From the NCBI GenBank assembly GCA_049599895.1, contig JBMYPC010000073.1, positions 1 through 15,360 of the forward strand: a DNA stretch of 15,360 nucleotides, read 5' to 3'. Position 1 is the first letter of the stretch. Each line of letters opens with the position of its first letter. Of the stretch, positions 9,019 through 15,360 are shown piece after piece. The position numbers and the translations under genes were made by a program. The stretch is from Bacteriovoracaceae bacterium (GTDB taxonomy: Bacteria; Bdellovibrionota; Bacteriovoracia; Bacteriovoracales; Bacteriovoracaceae). The notes below the pieces were generated by a model. It had not been told where the DNA came from. It saw nothing but the letters and a program-made list of their open reading frames with translations, and made no database searches.

Positions 9019-9573
9019 CTAACGAATTATAGGCCCGTGTCCAGTAAGGACAAAAACCTCTTCAATTGACTCAACAAATCGAACTCTTTCCAAGTCCTCT
9101 TGAGACATAAAACCCTTTTCAGTCATTTGATTAAAATGGGCGATTAAATGGTCGTAATACCCGTCAACATTGAGGACGAAGCATTTCTTTTGATGAAAAC
9201 CAAGCTGTGACCAAGTGTAGATTTCAAAAAATTCATCCATGGTCCCTGGACCACCTGGCAAGGCCACAAATGCATCGGAATGATCATACATAATCATTTT
9301 TCTGTCATGCATTGAATCAACTACTTTCAACTCAGTGCATCTTTGCTCGGTGATTTCTCTGGTTTGAAGAGATCGTGGAATCACTCCAAGAACTTCACCG
9401 GAGTTTTCCAATGCCGCTCGAGCAACCTCTCCCATAATTCCGATCTGGGCGCCACCATAAACAAGTTTGATTTTTTTCTCAGCTAAAATCTTTCCAAGTT
9501 TATAGGCCGTCTCCATATAGATTGGCTTCGTTCCCGTTCTTGAGCCGCAAAAAACTGCGAGTGATTTAATCAT
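9019..9573 (-). CDS. LOG family nucleotide monophosphate phosphoribohydrolase (TIGR00730-like)
   Basis: Motifs VFCGS, LVYGG..GIMG, MHDRK and ALPGGPGTMDE. Start overlaps the tlyA stop (ATGA). Confidence 0.95.
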   Translation of the reverse strand: MIKSLAVFCGSRTGTKPIYMETAYKLGKILAEKKIKLVYGGAQIGIMGEVARAALENSGEVLGVIPRSLQTREITEQRCTELKVVDSMHDRKMIMYDHSDAFVALPGGPGTMDEFFEIYTWSQLGFHQKKCFVLNVDGYYDHLIAHFNQMTEKGFMSQEDLERVRFVESIEEVFVLTGHGPIIR

Positions 9574-10337
9574 GGAAGTTCCTTTAGGATAGCTTTGTCC
9601 TTCATCATAATATTTTTCTTAAGTAATAGAAAATACTCTTGATTACCTGTTTTGCCTTTCACCAAACATTTCATGGCCTTAACAAGTTCAAAATGATTTT
9701 CAAAACAAAGCTTTAAGAAATTATTCAGAAAGCCTAGGACCTCTTCATCAGGACAAGTCACTATACCTTTTGAATTGAGATTCTTTTTTCCAACTTCAAA
9801 CTGAGGCTTAAAAAGAAGTAAGGCCAAACCTTCATCTCTAATAATATTGCTCATCTCAGTCACGACTAAATTGAGACTGATAAAAGAAAGATCACTCACA
9901 ATAAGATCAACTTTTTCCTCAAGAATACTAAGGTCCTTGGCATTTACTTTCTCGAGGTTCATAACCCTAGAATCATTTCGAAGCTTTGCATCGAGCTGAT
10001 CACTACCAACGTCAATGGCATAAACTTTTTTTGCCCCTCGAAGAAGAGCGACTTCAGTAAAGCCACCAGTTGAAGCCCCTATATCGGCTACAGTTTTGTC
10101 TTTGAAATCAATTAGGAATTCATCAAGAAATGTCTCGAGTTTATGAGCACCACGACCAACATACGGATCGAGCTCCTCTATTGTCACATCCTCTTCAGAG
10201 CATATATGCCCTGGCTTGGTAACGATTAGACCCTTCACACGAACTTTACTTCCTTGAATCAAATCTCTCGCATGAGAACGACTTCTTGATAATCCAAGTG
10301 TCACAAGTTGCTTATCTAATCTGTCTTTCGTTTTCAT
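9570..10337 (-). CDS. tlyA: TlyA family rRNA (cytidine-2'-O)-methyltransferase
   Basis: N-terminal S4 domain (RLDKQL..SRS), then DIGASTGGFT, YAIDVG, DLSFISL, KPQFE and GNQEY. Confidence 0.95.
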   Translation of the reverse strand: MKTKDRLDKQLVTLGLSRSRSHARDLIQGSKVRVKGLIVTKPGHICSEEDVTIEELDPYVGRGAHKLETFLDEFLIDFKDKTVADIGASTGGFTEVALLRGAKKVYAIDVGSDQLDAKLRNDSRVMNLEKVNAKDLSILEEKVDLIVSDLSFISLNLVVTEMSNIIRDEGLALLLFKPQFEVGKKNLNSKGIVTCPDEEVLGFLNNFLKLCFENHFELVKAMKCLVKGKTGNQEYFLLLKKNIMMKDKAILKELP

Positions 10338-10344
10338 TGAAATT

Positions 10345-10764
10345 TTAATGGGCCTCTAAAATTTTAGCTTTTAACTCAAGACTCTGATTTTCATTAAATG
10401 AAAACTCTTTTTGAACTTCACCTTCAACTTTTAGAAGAAGTTCAATTTCTTGAAAGAGGTTTTGAGATTTTTTCGAGGCTGTGCCCTTAAGAAGATACTC
10501 ACTTTTTGCTTCAGTTGGTGTTATTTTGAAAGCGAGGGTTAACCCATCACGAATGGAAATTGCCGCTTCTTGATCAATTCGTATTTCTTCAAGGCTATGA
10601 GCTTCACTTAAAAGAATCGACTTGCCATCAAAGCCCTTTTTATGAATCATACTTATACTCATACTCAGTGAAGTAATTTTTTCTGCATAAAGACTTCCAC
10701 TTTGAATAGAAAGAAAGAGTCCCAACAAAAGTTTAAGTATGAATCGAGTTTTTTCTATTTTCAT
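10345..10764 (-). CDS. Hypothetical secreted protein
   Basis: Signal peptide-like N-terminus ending in SLYA. Stop is 7 bp upstream of the tlyA start on the same strand. Confidence 0.65.
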   Translation of the reverse strand: MKIEKTRFILKLLLGLFLSIQSGSLYAEKITSLSMSISMIHKKGFDGKSILLSEAHSLEEIRIDQEAAISIRDGLTLAFKITPTEAKSEYLLKGTASKKSQNLFQEIELLLKVEGEVQKEFSFNENQSLELKAKILEAH

Positions 10765-11104
10765 TAATGTTCTCTATCTCGGGCTTATCTTTTATTTATG
10801 CCTAAACAAACCAGGGGGCCAAACGCCCTCAATCCCCCATTTTGATAAAGTTCTCCACTTTGGCATTTATTTTGTGTTGAACTTTTTTCTTTTTCTCATC
10901 ACTCGAAAAACAAAAATCGTTTTTCTTTTTAATCTTTTTATTGGATCACTCATTGAATCCATCCAATACATTCTTCCCTACAGGTCCTTTGAAGTTCTTG
11001 ATCTTCTTGCGAATACTTCAGGAAACATTATATCCCTATTGCTTATTTTAAAAATTCCTCTTCTGCAAAAGACCCTTCAAAAGTTAAACCCAGAGGTCCG
11101 GTAA
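10739..11104 (+). CDS. VanZ family membrane protein
   Basis: FDKVLHFGIY and IESIQYILPYRSFEVLDLLANTSG are typical VanZ-like motifs. About 4 hydrophobic segments. Confidence 0.88.
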   Translation: MNRVFSIFINVLYLGLIFYLCLNKPGGQTPSIPHFDKVLHFGIYFVLNFFLFLITRKTKIVFLFNLFIGSLIESIQYILPYRSFEVLDLLANTSGNIISLLLILKIPLLQKTLQKLNPEVR

Positions 11105-11843
11105 GTAAGAGTCCATCTTCAAGTTTAGCTCCCAGTCGCTTAGCCGAAAATTCTCCTCCACGAGTTTCAATCTTTACTGACTCAAGGTCTGGATTGTTTT
11201 TAAAATAAGACATAGCGACTGCACTCACACCTGTTCCTGAAGAATAGGTTTCATCTTCTACCCCTCGTTCAAAAACTCTCATTTCAATAAGACCCTTTGA
11301 TTTCCCTCTATAGAAATCAACATTTGAGCCATTCTTAAACCTTTGATCATGGCGAATTTTTGAAGCCAAATCCACAAAGTTCTGAACCTCTAGATCTCCT
11401 ACCTCAAAAACACTATGAGGAACTCCTGTATTGATATAAAGAGAACTTTTATTTTTATAAAGATTAGTGATGTCGATTTCTCCAACTTCAGTAATGTCAT
11501 TCATTTTAATCCAACAGGACTCATCAGAAACTTGCACGTCGTAACTATGTTTTTGGGTGAGAACTTTCGCTTCAGTATTAGGAGATATGAAATTCGATCG
11601 ATAAAAATAATCCGTGACGGCCCTGAGGCCATTGCCACACATTTCAGCTTCACCGCCGTCGCTATTGTAATAAATCATAGTAAGAGGATCGGTTTTGTAG
11701 AAGATGATTCCATCAGCACCAATGCCAAAGCGGCGATGACAAAGCCTTGCAAGATCAAGCTTCTCTCTTATGGCATTACCATCCTTTTCGCTAAGCAAAA
11801 TAAAATCATTGCCAGCAGCGGAATATTTCACGAACTTAATCAC
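11043..11843 (-). CDS. dapF: Diaminopimelate epimerase family protein (second catalytic Cys replaced by Ser)
   Basis: Motifs KYSAAGNDF, RRFGIGADG, NSDGGEAEMCGNG, NTGVPH, ERGVEDETYSSGTG and LTGP. GTG start with GAGGTG RBS. Confidence 0.9.
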   Translation of the reverse strand: MIKFVKYSAAGNDFILLSEKDGNAIREKLDLARLCHRRFGIGADGIIFYKTDPLTMIYYNSDGGEAEMCGNGLRAVTDYFYRSNFISPNTEAKVLTQKHSYDVQVSDESCWIKMNDITEVGEIDITNLYKNKSSLYINTGVPHSVFEVGDLEVQNFVDLASKIRHDQRFKNGSNVDFYRGKSKGLIEMRVFERGVEDETYSSGTGVSAVAMSYFKNNPDLESVKIETRGGEFSAKRLGAKLEDGLLLTGPLGLTFEGSFAEEEFLK

Positions 11844-11939
11844 TGCGTCACCTCAGAAAGATTGTCAAAAACATCATGAGAAAGTTATAACTTATTTTCA
11901 CTCAATACTAAATCATATGACCACGATTTAGTTCAAGAT

Positions 11940-12016
11940 GGGACATTAGCTCAGTTGGTTAGAGCTCCCGGCTCATAACCGGGCGGTCGCAAGTTCAAGT
12001 CTTGCATGTCCCACCA
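11940..12016 (+). tRNA. tRNA with anticodon CAT; most likely tRNA-Ile2 (lysidine), otherwise elongator tRNA-Met
   Basis: 77-nt cloverleaf: acceptor GGGACAT/ATGTCCC, D arm GCTC/GAGC, anticodon arm CCCGG-CTCATAA-CCGGG, T arm GCAAG-TTCAAGT-CTTGC, encoded ACCA. The G1-C72 pair argues against the initiator tRNA. Confidence 0.95.
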
Positions 12017-13569
12017 TTAAATTGCTTATCACAACCATTTGTTGTGATTTTTGGAAAGACTCCTAAAAAGGGAGCCTTTTTTATGTGTAGCTTCACCGAA
12101 TAATTATCAACCATTTCAATTTTCTCGAATATCTGGCTAATCAGCGCTCTTTTTGTTGACCTATCTAAACTCTTAAACCTATTAGAATATGTAGCGATCT
12201 TTTGCTGCACTATGGAAATATCAGGCTTTTTAAGCATAAGCTCTTTTAGATTCTCTTTTTCTTCGATTTTTTTAACCAGCCCTATTTTCTTGTTTTCAAC
12301 ATCGTTTAATTTTTTGCTCAATGTCTCAATCGCTGGCCCACTCAAGTCATCTCTTGTCATATATTCAACAATCCTATCGCATTGTTTTTCTAGCTCTGTA
12401 ACTTTATTTTTTAGTTTACTAATTTCACTACTGATTCTTCTCAAACCATCTCGCTGTTTTGCAACGCTCTTTTGAACTAGCTTTTCTAAATGTCCTGAGT
12501 TCTTAAAGTAGCTAATTACACGTTCTTCGATCTGACTTTCTAGAAGTGAAGCATTTATCCTTTGTTTCGATTTTTTTGAATAGTAATAACGATAATCTTT
12601 TGATCTCCCATGACCAACATGGCCCTGCAATGGTGATCCATCCTTAGAAATGAGTACTCCAGAAAGTAAATATATGTGATTTCTTTTCCCGCACCGTGCC
12701 TGAAACTTTTTTAATTTCTCACGCTTAGAGACAACTTCATATACCAATGATTCGTCTAGGATAGGCTCATAGTCTAAATTACTTGTTATTTCTTGCTTGG
12801 TCTTCTTATCAACATAATGATAACGAGAGATATACCTCCATTCGACATTCTTTAAGATATTATTAAACCTAAAAGAACTGAACGGCTTTCCTTTATCAGT
12901 AATTCCCTCAGCATTCGCTCGTCTAATTGCCTCTGCCTTGCTTGAACTCTCTAAGAATAAATGCAGCAATCGTAAGAGATCTTTAATCTCACTCTCATTT
13001 CTGATGAAATGCCCCTTTCTGTCTGGACAGCGGTCTAAGCCTAGCAAGTCTCCAGCGCCATTTATTTTCCCATCTTTCTCCAAGCGATCTAAAATGTTTC
13101 TTTTAATTCTTAATCCTGTAACCTTACTTTCGTAAGTTGCAAGAGACGCCATCATTGTTTCTAGCATTTCACCAGAAGGGTCATCAGTGTCTAAATTTGA
13201 TCCAATAAATTTTAATTTAACATTATTTTTATCACAGTGTTGCTTAAACAATAGGTAGAAGAAAGTATCACGCATAACTCTTGAAAGCTCTGAACATACG
13301 ACTCTATCAACTTCACCTTGATCTATTAGCGTCCAAAGTCTTTGAAATCCGGGCCGTTCCATATCTCTTGCTGACATCCCAGCATCTTCAATTACTTCAA
13401 TAACCTTGTAAGGAATGCCTTTTGATTCATATTCTCTTTTTATCTCATCCTCAGCACGTCTCTTTTGCACGGGAAGTGAACCATCTTCGATACGGATACC
13501 ATTATAGAATGCTTGTCCTTTTGTGCTAACTCGAATGTAGATTAGAATTCTAATCGTTTCAGTGCTCAT
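11995..13569 (-). CDS. Large serine recombinase (integrase)
   Basis: 524 aa. Catalytic YIRVST (Ser15), DAGMSA..ERPGFQRL, ELSRVMRD, a recombinase domain, a YLLSG..YRYY ribbon-like region and a long coiled coil. GGAGAG upstream. Confidence 0.95.
   Translation of the reverse strand: MSTETIRILIYIRVSTKGQAFYNGIRIEDGSLPVQKRRAEDEIKREYESKGIPYKVIEVIEDAGMSARDMERPGFQRLWTLIDQGEVDRVVCSELSRVMRDTFFYLLFKQHCDKNNVKLKFIGSNLDTDDPSGEMLETMMASLATYESKVTGLRIKRNILDRLEKDGKINGAGDLLGLDRCPDRKGHFIRNESEIKDLLRLLHLFLESSSKAEAIRRANAEGITDKGKPFSSFRFNNILKNVEWRYISRYHYVDKKTKQEITSNLDYEPILDESLVYEVVSKREKLKKFQARCGKRNHIYLLSGVLISKDGSPLQGHVGHGRSKDYRYYYSKKSKQRINASLLESQIEERVISYFKNSGHLEKLVQKSVAKQRDGLRRISSEISKLKNKVTELEKQCDRIVEYMTRDDLSGPAIETLSKKLNDVENKKIGLVKKIEEKENLKELMLKKPDISIVQQKIATYSNRFKSLDRSTKRALISQIFEKIEMVDNYSVKLHIKKAPFLGVFPKITTNGCDKQFNGGTCKT
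12028..12082 (+). terminator. Two terminator-like hairpins downstream of the tRNA, inside the integrase CDS
   Basis: ATCACAAC-CATTT-GTTGTGAT followed by TTTT (12028-12052), and AAAGACTCCT-AAAAA-GGGAGCC followed by TTTTTT (12055-12082). Confidence 0.55.
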
Positions 13570-13786
13570 TTAAGGCTCTCCAGAAAAATAAAACGATGTC
13601 CTCTTGAAGCTCTATCCCTTCATCTTTTTCTAGCAAATATATTTTTTTGTTAATTTTCTTGCGTTTTGATTTCTTTAATTTTAGCACACACTGTTTACAA
13701 CGAGAATCTCGTCCATTTTTTCCATTGGACTTTAAGTAAAAGGACTTAAATGTTTTACTCTTCTTACAAAGACTGCAAACCTTCAT
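13559..13786 (-). CDS. Small basic zinc-finger protein (CxxC-22-CxxC)
   Basis: MKVCSLCKKSK..F..G..SRCKQC. Overlaps the integrase start by 11 bp. Confidence 0.75.
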   Translation of the reverse strand: MKVCSLCKKSKTFKSFYLKSNGKNGRDSRCKQCVLKLKKSKRKKINKKIYLLEKDEGIELQEDIVLFFWRALNEH

Positions 13787-13832
13787 AAAGGTTTGTTATC
13801 ACCACTTTCCGAAAGTATTTAGGTCTAAAGTA

Positions 13833-14714
13833 TTAGTCTACTTTCATTTTACCAAATGCTATTTTTAAATAAACTTTATCTCCAGACTTTTTAAGAAATT
13901 TAAAATCCTTTCTTAATTTAGCGTTTTCCTTCAAAATTTTGCCTTTTACCTTGTTGTGAACCTCCATAAGAGTTTGTCCTTGTTTTTCCTTATTTATTCC
14001 TATCTTATCAATTTCAGAGAGTGACATCTGATTACGCTTTAAAACAGAAAATAAGTTTTTTTTCTTGTTCTTTTTTCCATATTCCACAATGAGTTCAAGG
14101 TAGAGCGCCTCTCTTTCGGAAATTTTAAGACTTTTTGCCTCTTTCCAATTCTTTTCCATTATCCTGTAGATCAGTTCTTTCTTTTTACTTCCATTTAAGC
14201 TTTTAATCTCTCTAATTGAGATTACAGGAGTAGTTTCCTCAATAAGAAAGGAAAAACCTTCAAATTCCTCCTTAATTAGCTTAGCCTTGCTAAGAGAGTC
14301 TCTGTTAAAAACCTCTAAGAGAAAATACTCTTTACCTTCAAAATGAACCTCCGTTTTCATTAAATCAAGTAAAGCAATTTTTTGATTAAGACTTAAAAGA
14401 TCTCCTTCAATAAGACGAGTTAGTTCCTTAATCCCACCCTTCGTACTATAAAGACTAAGACAAAATAAAAACAATTTTTTTATTTGAGAGTTTTTAGGTC
14501 TTCTTTTATATTTTTTAAAAATTCTCTCATATCTAGTTAGCAGCAATGTCCAAAATAACTTGCGCCTTCCATTTTTTGAAAACTCCTTGCGAGTTATTTT
14601 TGTTTTCGCTATAGCCTTAATGTCATCAACTTCAAATAAAGAGCAAATGCATTTTTCAAAGGATTCTCTCTTTGAATTGAAATAATAATTACCAAAGAAT
14701 TCATAAGCTTTCAT
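13833..14714 (-). CDS. Lys-rich hypothetical protein, possible C-terminal winged helix
   Basis: 293-aa ORF with GAGGAG RBS. LKISEREALYLELIVEY loosely resembles the start of OmpR-type DNA-binding domains. Confidence 0.7.
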   Translation of the reverse strand: MKAYEFFGNYYFNSKRESFEKCICSLFEVDDIKAIAKTKITRKEFSKNGRRKLFWTLLLTRYERIFKKYKRRPKNSQIKKLFLFCLSLYSTKGGIKELTRLIEGDLLSLNQKIALLDLMKTEVHFEGKEYFLLEVFNRDSLSKAKLIKEEFEGFSFLIEETTPVISIREIKSLNGSKKKELIYRIMEKNWKEAKSLKISEREALYLELIVEYGKKNKKKNLFSVLKRNQMSLSEIDKIGINKEKQGQTLMEVHNKVKGKILKENAKLRKDFKFLKKSGDKVYLKIAFGKMKVD

Positions 14715-14820
14715 AACGTCTCCTCACTTTGGAAGTGCCCCCCATCATTTCTTGTGGAGACTTCCAAAAAAATAATTATATTTAAACACTAATATTAATT
14801 CATCAACTAAGGAGATTTTG

Positions 14821-15135
14821 ATGAAAGAATTTACTTATTTTTACAACGTGACCCTACCTGAAACGAGCTACATTGAAAACCGCTCAAACGAAGTTTTTAT
14901 AGACATTATGAATAGGGCGTCTTCTCGTTTAGAAAACTACCTTATCCGAAAAGGAATTGAGTACGACAAAGTTCTAATCTCAAGCTATCTGCTGATAATT
15001 CCGAAGGAGATCGATTCTGAAGCGAAATGCTTTATCGACAATATTCAGGACCTTTTTGATTTATTCAAAGCCTTCGTCGAAGAAGAAGCTTCATCAATCC
15101 AAGTTCCAATTAATATTCAAGCCGCAAATGCATAG
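14821..15135 (+). CDS. Hypothetical protein (104 aa)
   Basis: AAGGAG at 14809-14814, then ATG 14821. Divergent from the integrase-side genes. Confidence 0.75.
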   Translation: MKEFTYFYNVTLPETSYIENRSNEVFIDIMNRASSRLENYLIRKGIEYDKVLISSYLLIIPKEIDSEAKCFIDNIQDLFDLFKAFVEEEASSIQVPINIQAANA

Positions 15136-15189
15136 AGGGCCTTGTTGTACTTAGTAATCAAACTTAAGTTGCAACAAGTAATTTAAAGA

Positions 15190-15259
15190 ACTGAGTAACC
15201 TCTGGGCTTTTACTGTAATTTCAATACGAAAAAACTGTAAATTACAGAGGTTACTCAGT
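15190..15259. repeat. Perfect 15-bp inverted repeat with 40-bp spacer
   Basis: ACTGAGTAACCTCTG (15190-15204) and CAGAGGTTACTCAGT (15245-15259) are exact reverse complements. Confidence 0.95.
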
Positions 15260-15282
15260 CAACAAACTTGAAAGTGGTAAAT

Positions 15283-15360
15283 ATGACAAAAAAGAAAAAA
15301 TATTTTAATCAGAGATCAAAGTATAAGTATATGCCAGACAAGGTGTTTATATCAGTTTAC
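15283..15360 (+). CDS. Possible gene start truncated by the window end
   Basis: ATG 15283 opens 26 codons (MTKKKKYFNQRSKYKYMPDKVFISVY) with no stop before the edge. Confidence 0.45.
   Translation, partial: MTKKKKYFNQRSKYKYMPDKVFISVY

Larger units (their letters stand above)
12017..15360. mobile_element. Left part of an integrative element or genomic island at the tRNA(CAT) 3' end; right boundary outside the window
   Basis: The integrase gene abuts and overlaps the tRNA 3' end and is followed by genes of unknown function. The region looks more AT- and Lys-rich by eye (not computed). Confidence 0.8.

Noticed and set aside
11415..11879. 154-aa ORF on the plus strand
   Set aside because: Antisense shadow of dapF with no recognisable motifs.
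11930..11999. AGTTCAAG direct repeat before the tRNA and in its T loop
   Set aside because: Only 8 bp and on the host side of the tRNA, so not positioned as an att duplication. Probably chance.
12212..13135. ORFs 12212-12475 and 12938-13135 on the plus strand
   Set aside because: Ser/Phe/Leu-rich antisense shadows of the Lys/Glu-rich integrase.
13801..15278. GAAAGTGGT upstream of both the zinc-finger gene (minus strand) and the ORF at 15283
   Set aside because: Only 9 bp in two copies at different distances from the starts. It may be RBS-like or chance.
12017..15360. CRISPR array, retron/reverse transcriptase or second att copy within the element
   Set aside because: I saw no regularly spaced repeats, no RT motifs and no duplicate of the tRNA 3' end inside the window. 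They could lie beyond it.

Overview
AT-rich bacterial chromosomal window. The mix of secreted hypothetical proteins suggests a Bdellovibrionota (Bacteriovorax/Halobacteriovorax-like) host, but this is an inference and not verified. Bases 1-11.9 kb are ordinary chromosomal genes: pcp, a GNAT acetyltransferase, an EamA transporter, pepD, a gamma-carbonic anhydrase family protein, a cytochrome c, a LOG-family protein, tlyA, a VanZ-family protein, dapF and several hypotheticals. A tRNA with anticodon CAT (probably Ile2) lies at 11940-12016. It marks the left edge of an integrative element that runs past the end of the window. The element encodes a large serine recombinase whose last codons and stop codon are the antisense of the tRNA 3' end, and whose zinc-ribbon region has lost its cysteines. 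It also carries an overlapping 75-aa CxxC..CxxC protein, a basic protein with a possible winged-helix C-terminus, a divergent 104-aa ORF and a structured noncoding segment with a perfect 15-bp inverted repeat. Other oddities are a DapF with Ser at the second catalytic Cys position, a membrane protein ending in a degenerate signal-peptidase-like domain, and a near-consensus sigma54 promoter.
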